From assembly GCF_009914755.1 (NCBI RefSeq), contig NC_060929.1: a DNA stretch of 64,000 bases, one strand, 5' to 3'. Shown here one piece after another: positions 39,606 through 53,138 of this stretch. The notes below the pieces were generated by a model. That model made no database searches. It was not told the DNA's origin and was given only the letters and a program-made list of their open reading frames with translations. Numbering within the stretch: the stretch's first letter is position 1; each line of letters opens with the position of its first letter. The position numbers and the translations under genes are program-made. Source of the stretch: the human T2T-CHM13v2.0 reference genome, Homo sapiens.

Positions 39606-42519
39606 GCAGTCAGCGACTGAGGAAGAGCGCCCGCGAGTGGAGGCCCTCAGTCACGGAGTCCACCCGGGCAGTCAGCGACTGAGGAAGAGCGCCCGGGAGT
39701 GGAGGCCCTCAGTCACGGAGTCCACCCGGGCAGTCAGCGACTGAGGAAGAGCGCCCGGGAGTGGAGGCCCTCAGACACGGAGTCCACCCGGGCAGTCAGC
39801 GACTGAGGAAGAGCGCCCGGGAGTGGAGGCCCTCAGTCACGGAGTCCACCCGGGCAGTCAGCGACTGAGGAAGAGCGCCCGGGAGTGGAGGCCCTCAGTC
39901 ACGGAGTCCACCCGGGCAGTCAGCGACTGAGGAAGAGCGCCCGGGAGTGGAGGCCCTCAGTCACGGAGTCCACCCGGGCAGTCAGCGACTGAGGAAGAGC
40001 GCCCGGGAGTGGAGGCCCTCAGTCACGGAGTCCACCCGGGCAGTCAGCGACTGAGGAAGAGCGCCCGCGAGTGGAGGCCCTCAGTCACGGAGTCCACCCG
40101 GGCAGTCAGCGACTGAGGAAGAGCGCCCGCGAGTGGAGGCCCTCAGTCACGGAGTCCACCCGGGCAGTCAGCGACTGAGGAAGAGCGCCCGCGAGTGGAG
40201 GCCCTCAGTCACGGAGTCCACCCGGGCAGTCAGCGACTGAGGAAGAGCGCCCGCGAGTGGAGGCCCTCAGTCACGGAGTCCACCCGGGCAGTCAGCGACT
40301 GAGGAAGAGCGCCCGCGAGTGGAGGCCCTCAGTCACGGAGTCCACCCGGGCAGTCAGCGACTGAGGAAGAGCGCCCGGGAGTGGAGGCCCTCAGTCACGG
40401 AGTCCACCCGGGCAGTCAGCGACTGGGGAAGAGCGCCCGCGAGTGGAGGCCCTCAGTCACGGAGTCCACCCGGGCAGTCAGCGACTGGGGAAGAGCGCCC
40501 GGGAGTGGAGGCCCTCAGTCACGGAGTCCACCCGGGCAGTCAGCGACTGAGGAAGAGCGCCCGCGAGTGGAGGCCCTCAGTCACGGAGTCCACCCGGGCA
40601 GTCAGCGACTGAGGAAGAGCGCCCGGGAGTGGAGGCCGTCAGTCACGGAGTCCACCCGGGCAGTCAGCGACTGAGGAAGAGCGCCCGCGAGTGGAGGCCC
40701 TCAGTCACGGAGTCCACCCGGGCAGTCAGCGACTGAGGAAGAGCGCCCGCGAGTGGAGGCCCTCAGTCACGGAGTCCACCCGGGCAGTCAGCGACTGAGG
40801 AAGAGCGCCCGCGAGTGGAGGCCCTCAGTCACGGAGTCCACCCGGGCAGTCAGCGACTGAGGAAGAGCGCCCGCGAGTGGAGGCCCTCAGTCACGGAGTC
40901 CACCCGGGCAGTCAGCGACTGGGGAAGAGCGCCCGGGAGTGGAGGCCCTCAGTCACGGAGTCCACCCGGGCAGTCAGCGACTGAGGAAGAGCGCCCGCGA
41001 GTGGAGGCCCTCAGTCACGGAGTCCACCCGGGCAGTCAGCGACTGGGGAAGAGCGCCCGCGAGTGGAGGCCCTCAGTCACGGAGTCCACCCGGGCAGTCA
41101 GCGACTGAGGAAGAGCGCCCGCGAGTGGAGGCCCTCAGTCACGGAGTCCACCCGGGCAGTCAGCGACTGAGGAAGAGCGCCCGCGAGTGGAGGCCCTCAG
41201 TCACGGAGTCCACCCGGGCAGTCAGCGACTGAGGAAGAGCGCCCGGGAGTGGAGGCCCTCAGTCACGGAGTCCACCCGGGCAGTCAGCGACTGGGGAAGA
41301 GCGCCCGCGAGTGGAGGCCCTCAGACACGGAGTCCACCCGGGCAGTCAGCGACTGGGGAAGAGCGCCCGGGAGTGGAGGCCCTCAGTCACGGAGTCCACC
41401 CGGGCAGTCAGCGACTGAGGAAGAGCGCCCGCGAGTGGAGGCCCTCAGTCACGGAGTCCACCCGGGCAGTCAGCGACTGAGGAAGAGCGCCCGGGAGTGG
41501 AGGCCGTCAGTCACGGAGTCCACCCGGGCAGTCAGCGACTGAGGAAGAGCGCCCGCGAGTGGAGGCCCTCAGTCACGGAGTCCACCCGGGCAGTCAGCGA
41601 CTGAGGAAGAGCGCCCGCGAGTGGAGGCCCTCAGTCACGGAGTCCACCCGGGCAGTCAGCGACTGAGGAAGAGCGCCCGGGAGTGGAGGCCCTCAGTCAC
41701 GGAGTCCACCCGGGCAGTCAGCGACTGAGGAAGAGCGCCCGGGAGTGGAGGCCCTCAGTCACGGAGTCCACCCGGGCAGTCAGCGACTGGGGAAGAGCGC
41801 CCGGGAGTGGAGGCCCTCAGTCACGGAGTCCACCCGGGCAGTCAGCGACTGAGGAAGAGCGCCCGCGAGTGGAGGCCCTCAGTCACGGAGTCCACCCGGG
41901 CAGTCAGCGACTGGGGAAGAGCGCCCGCGAGTGGAGGCCCTCAGTCACGGAGTCCACCCGGGCAGTCAGCGACTGAGGAAGAGCGCCCGCGAGTGGAGGC
42001 CGTCAGTCACGGAGTCCACCCGGGCAGTCAGCGACTGAGGAAGAGCGCCCGCGAGTGGAGGCCCTCAGTCACGGAGTCCACCCGGGCAGTCAGCGACTGA
42101 GGAAGAGCGCCCGCGAGTGGAGGCCCTCAGTCACGGAGTCCACCCGGGCAGTCAGCGACTGAGGAAGAGCGCCCGCGAGTGGAGGCCCTCAGTCACGGAG
42201 TCCACCCGGGCAGTCAGCGACTGAGGAAGAGCGCCCGCGAGTGGAGGCCCTCAGTCACGGAGTCCACCCGGGCAGTCAGCGACTGAGGAAGAGCGCCCGG
42301 GAGTGGAGGCCCTCAGTCACGGAGTCCACCCGGGCAGTCAGCGACTGAGGAAGAGCGCCCGGGAGTGGAGGCCCTCAGTCACGGAGTCCACCCGGGCAGT
42401 CAGCGACTGGGGAAGAGCGCCCGGGAGTGGAGGCCCTCAGTCACGGAGTCCACCCGGGCAGTCAGCGACTGAGGAAGAGCGCCCGCGAGTGGAGGCCCTC
42501 AGTCACGGAGTCCACCCAG
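39606..42519. repeat. CpG-rich VNTR, 47 x 62 bp (GCAGTCAGCGACTGAGGAAGAGCGCCCGSGAGTGGAGGCCCTCAGTCACGGAGTCCACCCGG)
   Basis: Period 62; 2914 bp = 47 units; only a few recurring single-base variants. Confidence 0.98.
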
Positions 42520-43097
42520 GCCTGGCGTGTGGCTGTGTCCACCTCTATGCGTAGGGCCGGAGTGCTGACGGGGCACAGAGGTGTGTGTTCTTGTTGCTGT
42601 GTAGAGAAGTGTGGAGTAGATTAGTACCAAAAACAAAGTAGGGAGGAGAGAAGGTGGCACAGCCTCACTCTGAAAGCCTGGGGATTTTCCTGTCAGGATG
42701 ATGCTGCTCCCTGCTCCCTTCACTCATCACCCGCAGCAGCATCGGAGTCCTCTTGTTCCTTTGCATCCACCGTGCTCCACTGTGGGGCCTGAACACACAC
42801 CTGTGTCCATCCTGGAGCCCCTCCTGGGGTCAGTCCTGGCTCTGAAGCCCACCCGGGCTGAACGGGCACATCCGCTTCACCCCACCCTAGGTGGGCAAGA
42901 ACAGAGGCCCCACAGCGCCACGAGGTGTCCTGGGTTCTTGAACTCTGGAATCCCACACTTGCTAGCAGGTCAAAAGTTCCATGCTCCTTGAGATTACGAG
43001 TGATTGTGTAAACCCAGGCCTGAAGTTATACTTTATTAAGGTAAATCATGCTGATTTTCAGCTTTCACTGAAGATTTACCTTTTCCTTGATGATCTT

Positions 43098-45460
43098 TTT
43101 ATGGACTGGATGTTTGTCTCATCCCTTCACCTATTCATATAGTGAAACCCTAATTCCCAGTGTGGCCGTATTTGTAGGTGGGTCCGCTTAGGAAGAAATT
43201 AAGGTTAAACAACTTCATAAGTGGGGGTGGGGGGTGGCCTGAACTGATAGGACCAGTGTCCTTAAAAAGGAGACCCAAAAGAACCCTCTGTCCCTCTCTG
43301 TGCTGAACACCCCCCAAAGAAAGGCTGTGAGAGAACACAGGGGGAAGGCAGCTGTCTGCAGGCTGGAAAGAGAGCCCTCACCAGAGCCAAATCAGCTGCA
43401 CCCTGATGACGGGCTTTTAGCTCCAGAAATGTGGGAAAGCCCATTCCTGTTGTTTAAGCCCCCGGACGGGGGTGTTTATTATAAGCAGCCCAGGCAGAGA
43501 AGTGGGGTGCCCTGCACTACATGTCACATACCTAAGAATGTGGAAGTGACTTGCAGCTGGCTGGTGGGTGGAGGCTGGACGAGTTTTGAGGTGTGTGCTA
43601 GAAAGAGCCCTGATGGCTGTGAAGCAGTTGTTGGTAGAACTATGGGTGTTAAAGGTGTTGTTGGTGAGGGCTCAGAGAGGAGAGCATTGTAGGGAGAGCT
43701 GTGGTCGTAGAGAACACACGTACCCCATGAACAGAACACTGATAGAAATGTGAGCATTAAGGCAGATTCTGGTGAGGAATGTGCCCGTGGAACGCGAGGA
43801 AAGTGATTCTTGTTATAAAGTGGCAAGGACTTGGCTGGACTGAATTCTAGCATTTTGTGGAAAGTGGAACTTGCAAGTGATGAAATGGGGTGTTTTGCTG
43901 GTGAGATTTCTAAGCAAAGTGTTGAAACCCTTGCTTCTCCTTACTGCTTATAGTGAAACGTCAGAGGAGAGAGATACATGGAAGGAATTGCCAAAAGAAA
44001 AGGAACCAGAACTTGAAGGTTTGGAAAATTCTCAGCCTATCCACATTGCAAAAAATGAGAAGGTGGGCCGGGTACGGTGGCGCACACCTGTAATACCAGC
44101 ACTTTGGGAGGCTGAGGCGGGTGATCACGAGGTCAGGAGTTCAAGACCAGCCTGGCCAAGATGGTGAAACCCCATCTCTACTAAAAATATAAAAATTAGC
44201 CAGGCATGGTGGTGGGCGTCTGTAATCACAGCTACTTGGGAGGCTGAGGCAGAGAATTGCTTGAACCCGAGGTTGCAGTGAGCCGAGATCTTGCCACTGC
44301 ACTCCAGCCTGGGCGACAGAGCGAGACTCCATCTCAAGAAACAGAGAAAGTGTTCTGGACGGACTTGCACGTGGTGAAACAGCCATTGGATAGGGAGACT
44401 GGGTGTGAGCCAGGAGCCCAGCCGGGAAGCCTCCTCAGCAGAGGCCAGGAGTGGGATGGCACCACGCCCGCAGAGACACTATCAGCTTGGCCTAAGGAGA
44501 ACAGGACGGGAGGTAGTGCTTGCCAGTGGCTGGCATGTTTCATCTTTCCAGAAAGGGGAGAGTGTGCCTGGGGGTGATTCAGAGGTAACCAGGTGCCACT
44601 TCCACCACAGGCACAGGGCAGGGCTGTCTCTTCCTGGATTTCGGAGAGTGGGGCCACTGCAGAGCTGGGAAAGAGGCTGGGCCTCTGGGCAGAGCATGGA
44701 GTCAAAGAGGATTGTCCTGAGGCCTCCAGGTCTCAGGCGCTTTGCCTTGCTAGACGTGTGACTTGCTTGGGACCCGTCTCCCCTCTCTTCCTACTGGGTC
44801 CTGCCTTTTGCAATGGGGAGTTCCATCCCATGCCTGTTCACTGTTGTATTTTAGAAGGACGTGGCTTGTCTGGTCTCACAGGTTCTTGGCTGGAGAGCAG
44901 GTCTGCTTTAGGAGAAATTGTACCTTGAGTCTTACCCATTTCTGATTTAGATGGTAGTTAAATGAAACTTTGGCTTAGACTTTAGAGTTGATGCTGGAAT
45001 GGGTTAAGACGTTTGGGGCTGTTGGGATGGAGTTAATGTATTTTGCATGTGAGGACATAAATTTTGGAGGCAAGGATTGAATGTTATAAGCTGAATGTTT
45101 GTGTCCCCTAAAACTCATATGTTGAAGCCCTAGCCCCTAGTTTGGCTGTATTTGGAGAAGGGGCCTCTAAGGAAGTTAAGTTTAAGGTTAAATGCGGTCA
45201 TAAGGGCAGAGCTCTGATCTGATGGGATTAGCACACGTATAAGGAGAGACATCGGAGGGCTCACTCTGTCCACAAGCACAGCAGGAAATTCATGTGAAGA
45301 TGCAGTGAGAAGGTGGCTGTCCACAAGCCAAGAAGAGAGCCCTCACCAGAAACTGAATTTGGTGGCACCTTGATCATGGGCTTCCAGCTTCCAGAACTGC
45401 AAGAAAATAACTTTCTGTTGTTTAAATCATTTTGTTACAGCAGCCCTAGAGGCTAAGGCA
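43098..45460 (+). mobile_element. MaLR (MLT1A/MST-like) element with LTR (~43098-43495), internal region and LTR (~45082-45460)
   Basis: Two similar LTRs (TGTTTGT..CCC..ATTCATAT..TGAA.CCCTA...GTATTTG...AAGGTTAAA...GAGAGCCCTCACCAGA...TGTTGTTTAA) flanking MaLR-internal motifs (ACCTAAGAATGTGGAAGTG, TTTGGAAAATTCTCAGCCT, GATGCTGGAATGGGTTAAGAC). Confidence 0.8.
44066..44340 (+). mobile_element. Alu (S-type) inside MaLR internal region
   Basis: Alu dimer with a short deletion in the right arm. Confidence 0.92.
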
Positions 45461-47199
45461 AGCCCCCATGGCAGGGCCGCAGGTCTGGGACTCGATTTTT
45501 CTCATCCTGCGGTGGGCATGGGCACATGTGGGTCGAGTGCCTTCCAGCTTTCCAGGCTGTGCTCCAACCCTTTCCCTCACCCCCTTCCTCTCTGTCACTG
45601 GTGCCTTCTGGAAGATGGCTTCCCCTTGGGGAGCATTTCCTGCAAAGACTCACAAGTTTAAAATAATTTAGGATATTTCTCTGTACTTGAGAGCCAGGAT
45701 AGGATGAGAGTTGGTCCTGCCCTGATGCTGTAAGGCCACTCCTGTCTCAGACCCTGAGGTCCTCAGGAATGGTTTCCCAAGTACTGTTGTAGTTGTATGG
45801 CAAGATCACTCTTGATTATTTTAGGAGCTGATTTTACTTTTCCTACCTCTTTTAACTGCTTCCAAAAGATGAATCTGGCCAAGAAGAGCAGGGGCTCATT
45901 CACTCATTTACTCACTCATTCCTGGTGCTTGAGTTTATTCCTGAAGGAAGCTGACCAAGGGTTGAGAGAAAACAACTTTGATTTTTCTCATGTCTGCCCC
46001 AGCAAACCTCCTTTGTGGACTGATTCTCCTTCTGTGCCTGGAAGAAACTGGGATAATCCCAGGACTTTTCTGGTCCCTTCTAGGTAATTCAGTGTCTTCC
46101 ACTAATGTGGCCCCACACAGGCTGGGCTTGTTGATTAGTATAGGTCCAGCAAAACAGTTAAAACTCTACATGTCTTCCGCATGTGAACCTCTTCCCAACC
46201 TCACCTGGTGCTGTGGCAGGTGGGAGGCTGGGTGTCAGGCTGGCTGCTGCCCCCTGGGTTCTGCCCAGCTGGTAGCTATGGCTTCCAACCCTCCAGTGGG
46301 AGGAACAAGAGGGATAAGAGGTAAGGACAGGAGAGGTTCTGTATGGCTGGCATGGCAGAGAGCTGGCACATGAGGCTGGCAGGAAATCCAGAGGGCTCTG
46401 GGGGCATTCTCATGGTCTCCTAAGTGACCACACTACCCTGGGGTGTCTCTGCCACAACTGGCCAACTCAGGAGGTGTATCCTCTCCAGCTGGTCCCTTAC
46501 ACTCACTTCCTTAGCCCTAGGTGGCCGTGGTACCTCTAGCCTCTTGCCAAGGTCTGCCCTCACATCTCCAGGAACCCTTCTGGGCAGGATTTAAGACATC
46601 CCAGGCCAGTGTTCAGGCACTATGACCCCACCTGGTCCACAGGAAATGTGCACCTTTGATCCACTGGGTTAGGGTTATTTCCACATGCAGCCTAGTTGCC
46701 TACTGGGAGCTCCAGGAGTCAACTTTTGCCCTTTAGATTTCTTGAGTGTAAGAGGGATACCAGGTCTCTGCCCACCACCAGCCTCAGAAGGCACACAGTA
46801 GGCACTTGCAGGCCTCGTGAAACCCCTCTTGGAATGAAGTAAGGAGAAAGCTGCCCATCCCTCTCATGGTACAGGTTGGGTGGGGACAGACTGAGAGCAC
46901 TGCCCCCCTCTCCCAAGGAAGCCCTCCTGTCAAACTTGAGCTTCTCTCATCTTCAACACCTCCTCTACCTAGATCACCCAGAATTTCACATGGGAACAAT
47001 TGGCACTTCTTGTCTTGGGGCCTCAGCTAAAATTCAGACTGGAAAAGCTCCATATTAACATCCTGTTCTAATGCAAGTAAAAAAAGAGCTGCTATGGTCT
47101 TTGCTTCTTGGTATTTAGAGTCTAGTGGGAGAATATTGGCTACTTAATGCAGTCTCTTCCATTTTCAATATGTAACTGAGGCATCCTTCTACTGATAAC

Positions 47200-50190
47200 A
47201 GCCAAAACTTCAAGAAAAAATATTTTAAGCCTTTAAAAATACATTTGTGGGCTGGTAGGAAATTAAGGAATAATCAGAGACCAAAAACTAAGTGAAGCTG
47301 AGAACCCAGAGATAACTTTATTAAAGGAGAATATTAAACATATACTTCACGCAGAAGGAAGAGAATTCCAGGTGGAAGATTTGAGATGCAAGGGGGAATG
47401 AAAAACAAGAAGGTGGTGACTATATGGGTAAATCAAATCAAATCAAACACCTTGTGTAAAATAATAATGGTGATATAAGAATTTTAAAAAGAGAAATAAG
47501 TATATAGTCATAATATGATACAAATTTGAAGAGGGTGATGAGTTAAAAAGTTCTAAGATTCTTGTGTTAACTTTGGAGGATGGTTATCTAATTTGTAATA
47601 AAATTTTCAGGATAATCATCAACCGTAGAAATGGGGTTGAAATTTCAAACTAATGGAAAGAAAAAAGAATGAGAAAATATAATCAATCAAAAGGAAAAGA
47701 CTAGAAAGGGAAAGGAAAAAAGAAACACAAAAGAGGTGGAACAAAAGTCCAAATATATCAGTAACTACAATAAACATAAATGGAATAAACATAACAACTA
47801 AAAGATAAAGATTATTAAAGTGGATTACTATATGCTGTTTACAGAAAACACATCTACACTCTAAGGGTACAGAAAGGATGAAAGTAAAAGGATGGGAAAG
47901 GGTATACTGGGGAAATATAACTGAAGGAAATATGATGAATCTATATTAATGTAAAAAAATTGATTTTGGGGTAAAAAGCATCACTGGAGATAGAGAGAAT
48001 CACTATGTAATGATTAAACAATTCATTTCATCAAGCAGATAATATAATTTTGAATTTTATTCTTTCCATAACATAATTTCAAAATCTGTAAAGCAAATAT
48101 TGACAGAACTATAAGGAAGAATATATAAATTCATCATCAGAGAGAAATATTTTAAATACTGTAACTCAGTATTTTATAGAAGAAGTAAATAAAAGCCAGT
48201 AAAGGTTATAGAACATTTGAACAATGCAAAGAAAAAAAAAAGGTTAATTTAGTGGACATACATAAAGCAGTATACCCCCAAACTACAGAATTCACGTATT
48301 TTCAAAGCCCGCATGGAACTGGTAAATATATGGAAAACTTACTGGCCAATAAAGCAAGTCTCAGTAAATTTCAAAAGATAAAATATTGAAGAATAATGAG
48401 GTGGGACCTCAATGCAAATAAACTAGAAATCGATAATAACAAGATAACTTGAAAACCCGTATAGTTGGAAATAAATAAACACACTTGTATATAACGCATA
48501 GGTCAAAGAAGAAAAGAAGATGTAATTTAGAAATATTTAAAATGTGTGGGATGTAGCCAAAGAAACACTTAGAAATAAATAATCTTAAGTGTTTATGTAT
48601 AAAAGAAGGCTAAATATTAATGAGCTAAGCATTTAATTAAGTAGTTCTGATAAAGAACAGTAAAATAAGAGAGTCAAAGAAAATAATAGAAGATATTGAT
48701 GAAATAGAAAAGAAACATACAACAGAGTTCTTTTAAAATGATAAACTTTACAAAGATCTGGTGAAACTGATCAAGGAGAAAAGAATAAGCAGTATTAGGA
48801 ATATAAAGAGGAGCTATTATGAACAAATTAATGCCAATAAATTTGAAGTTTGAAAACATAAATGAAAAAATTCCTAGAAAATATAACTTATTAAAACTGA
48901 CTCAAGAAGAAATAGAAAACCTGAATGTCGTAGGACCATTAAAGAAATTGATTTGTTTAACATCTTCACACAGAGAAAATCTAGGCTCAGATAGCTTTAA
49001 AGCAATTTCTACCAAATAGTAAAGAAAAAAATAATTCCATTATATTGAATCCTGGGATGTTGAATTGGAATTGGAGGTATTGGTGTGAGCTCATGGTTTT
49101 CAATATATAAAGAGAGACATGAATATGTACGTAAAATGTGTGTACACTCACCTTCCCCCCCCACCCCCTGCCCCACACACACACTGTCCACTGAGAGAGC
49201 CTCGGAACAGTGACACCCTAGCAGCAGCAATCACACCTAACATTCAGATGTTGGTTTCTAAATGCTTCCTGCCATTAAAAGGACTAGGGCTTTTGGGGCT
49301 CTTTCAAGAGCTGGAGCAGACAAAGTACAAGGTACTTTGTACTTACCTCATGCCAGAAAGCAAGGCAGTGGTCACCAGGGATGAAGACGTGTCACAGGAC
49401 ACAGAAGCCGTCTTGAAGGGGCTCCCGCTGGCCAAGTCTGGGACAATTTCAGCATTAAAATGAATAATGATAGTAATGGGCTATACCCCAGTGAATAAAA
49501 TATGATTTTATAGGGTCACATTTATATAAATGAATGAATAAATAAGTAAATAAGTTTTTCCTCACAACAGGCTAATTAATGGCTATAAGAAGAGAGATGA
49601 CTATAGAAAGAAAAGGTGAATTACAAATCAAATTTGGTAACCACTACAGTCATAATTCAGGCAAGAAATATCAATTGGTGCTAAAATTGGTGGTGAAAAT
49701 GGGATGAGACAGGATTTTTGTAGTCTTGAACAAAATATCTATTAATTATGAAGCCGAAAAGCCCAGCATTCACTGTCCTAAGTGATCGATCTTACCCGCC
49801 AATAGTGGAATAAGCCGGCATTGTGCACCCCGCAACAGGATGAGTGGGTGGAGCACAGCATTGCTTTGCTGATACTCGGCTGGAGGTGCATAACTTCGGT
49901 CTAATCACGAGGAAACACCAGACAGACCCAAATTGAAGGGCAGTCTGCAAAATAACTCACCTGTAATCTCCAAAAAACCCAGCAGGCCATGAAAGCCAAG
50001 GAGTTACTGGAAGGGATGGAGAGGTGGCAGGGACTAAGGCAGTGTGGCGATGGCTGCTGCCGCAGTCCAGCACCACCTTGGCTGAAAGGATGTTATTGGG
50101 ACACTGGTGAAACTCAGTGGCATCTGTGGACAAGGGGTATCTGGGTGCTTTATATGATTCTTATAGCTTTTCTGTAAGTTTGATATCATC
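47200..50190 (+). mobile_element. Old L1M remnants (ORF2-like A-rich region followed by L1MC-like 3' sequence)
   Basis: A-rich sense L1 pattern; peptide LLKLTQEEIENLN in ORF 48819-49019 resembles L1 ORF2. Confidence 0.72.
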
Positions 50191-53138
50191 TCAAAGCATA
50201 AGCAGGAGGAACAAGGAAAACTAAAATGGAGAAGTTGCAGGGTGTTTATATGAGCTCTAAAGTGAGTCCCTGGGGGGTCGCCACAGATCCCCAGCTGCTC
50301 CCACCCTGGAGGAGCTGGGGGGAAGAGCAAGTGCCCAGGGAGGCAGGGGGAGAACGGGAGTTCGTGGGCACGTGGTGGGCCCTCAGCGTAGCCAGATGTG
50401 GGACAGCATCGTGTGCATTTGTATGTTTGTGAGGCAAGTCACGTCTTTTAGGAGCACTTGTCATTTTGGGCAGCTGGGCCTTTTGCAAAGAGAAATATAA
50501 GAATAACCAACACCTTCCTCACCGCCCATCATGACCACCCTGCCCCACAGACACGGGTCTGAGCTGCAGTGCGTGGTCAAGGGCACAGAGGAGTGGGCAG
50601 CGGTGGCCGTGGGGACCGGATGAGCCAGCCTGGTGGGGCTTGAATATGGCAGCGCCAGGCAGTGATGCCACGTGGGCCTTGCTGGGGGCGGCATCCGAGG
50701 CTCAGCACACCTGTAGCTTTTGAAGGCCATGCCCTCCTGCTGGGTCTCTTGTCTTCACCCCTCAGGAGGCCTTCCCCAGCCTCACTTTTAACATCACAGC
50801 CTCTGCCCCTCTGCCCTGACACCACCCCCTCTGCTGCTCGTTCTCTCCTAGTGCTTAACTCGTGTGTTGCTGGGTTCTGTCCCCCTCCTTCTCTGTTGTA
50901 TGCCCAGGACAGGGGTTGGCAGTGGCAGATGCCGAAGATGTGGATGACCACACGGGCGAACGAAGGCCCATGTCGTTCAGGAGGCCCCGAGCATTGGACA
51001 CCCAGGCCCTGAGACGTACTCAGTTCGGTCTGCATCTGTTGATGGTGAATATTGCAGGACTGATAGCCACTGACCGCCTGTAGTGATGTGTGAGGACAAT
51101 GAAGGCAATGGTGATTCACAGGCAGGCCAGCCCCATATGGGTGTTAGTTGTAAATTCATGGTTACATAACATAATAAATTTACCTACGAATTCATTATTT
51201 ATAAACAAATGGAGACTCTGACAGCTGAGCTGGCACTCCTCGTTGATGTGAAAGTTGACAAGCGAGGCAGCATCCATACCTGTGGGTAGAGGGCAGAGGA
51301 CTCAGTGAGGGCTCGGTGCCCTCTTCCGCAGTAGGAGAGGCCAGTGGGGCTGCTCAGGAAGACTCCCTGGGCGTGCACCGCGCACTGTATCCTGCCTGAG
51401 GGTGTGGGCCAGGGCGCTCCCTGGCTGTGGCCGCGTGGGGTTAGTGGCCTGCAGTGTTGACCGCTCACTCATCTGTACACCTGTGCACCGCACGCTGATT
51501 CACTGAATATTTGGTTGTTAAACAGCACCAGCACAGTGTTTTGGGTTTTGTTTTACAAAATGTTTCTTGAACCCTTGGCTTGTCCCTGCTGTGCTTTTCT
51601 TTGATACGTTGAAATGTAACAAGAATGCCCAAATAGTTTGCTTATACCAGATGTTTCACATCATGAAGAGAATATGGATTTGCAATGTGTGCAAGTATTC
51701 TTTTTTTCCCCAAAGAGCTATTTTTGGTTGCATCTTCCACGATAACGTGGGGTTCCAAGGCCAGGGTGTGTTTCCTCTGCAGGACGAGCGTGTGACTCTG
51801 GTGACCGCAGAGCCCCCCTGAGGCCCCCGGGTTCTGTGATCTCAGAAAGTGGTTAGAGGCGCATTCTCTTGACCAGAGAAACGCGTGGGCACTGCCAGCT
51901 GCAGCCACCCCAGTCTTCGCTGGCTCAGAGGAAGTGCATTTCTTTGCGGTTCATTTTGCACTGTGAGGAAGTGTGAAATCTCTGAAGCTCTCTGGTGCTT
52001 TTTGAAAAATCGGGAAATTCTTGCCATAGGAAATTCAGCAACTTGATGCAGTATGTGTCTTGGGGTGCCCCCCGTTTTGTAAATATCGTGTCTGTGAAAT
52101 GAGTGTGTTTATTTATACTCCTGATGCTTTTTCTAGCTTAGGGGAATTTGGGACTTTGAAGGACATTTTTAAACCCCTCTGCCCCACAAGCTGTAACTAA
52201 GGGTTTTGGAAGCACACTCGCCCATCCAGCACCCACTTGCTGGGACCCCCTTCTGACTTGCTGCTTCTCTTTGCCCTCAGTGAGCACCTCGAATGCATTC
52301 CCTCACACTCTGTTAATACACCCGCCCATGTGTCAAGAGCAGCACGGCACAGTCATCCGCTTCTCACACTTCCTCACACCCTCCCTCTTCCTGGGCATTC
52401 TGTCTTAACCCCCTAACCTGGTACCAGCTGTTTTCTGGGACACCTGAGGGCTCTCCGGGCACAGTCCTGGTCCCCTCCTGCCCACAGCCTGAAGGGGCAG
52501 CTTTGTCCCACAGGGTGGACTTGCCTGCTTTGCAAGGCTGAGGCACATGCTCCTTGCAGATGAACAGACCTACAGCTAGGCGAGCATGCAGCACAGCCCG
52601 ACTCAGGAGCTGAGGCCTCCCGCTGCACGAGCCCGGGCTCCCTCTGTGTCACTTGCTTCGCTCTGAGTCTTTGTCACCTGCCTGAATGCTCCTGATGCCT
52701 CCTAGGCCACTGGGGAGAGCTGTGCTTGTCCCACGCTCTGGCACAGAGTGTCTGTCCCGAGTGCTTCCTCTAAACCTTTCCTGTGCAGAAGCTGGGACAA
52801 ATTCTGTGCATCCTGGTGCAGAACACACCTGTTCAGAAAGTAACTGGGTGGTGAGGAGTTTCCTTTGCAAATACCATTTGTGGCCATCAAGAATCACTAA
52901 ATGACATTTTCTTCCGGAATGTACATATTACAATTCATCTTCAAAAGGCAAAACGGTTTCTCATCCAGTTCTTGAGAAGGGAAGGAAGGGAGAGTTTGAA
53001 TGTTCGAAAGCCTTGAGGCTCTGGTCCCCTCATTTGACGTAAAACTTGCAAAGGCATTTGTAGGAATGGTTGGGGTGTGAGAGCAGGGGTCAGAGGTGCC
53101 CTCCTGGGAATGTCTTGGCTCTGAGAGCACTGCCCTGC

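Noticed and set aside
39606-42519. CRISPR-like regular array and repeated 97-aa ORFs
   Set aside because: Units are head-to-tail with no unique spacers and there are no cas genes; the context is a primate intron and the ORFs are repeat translations.
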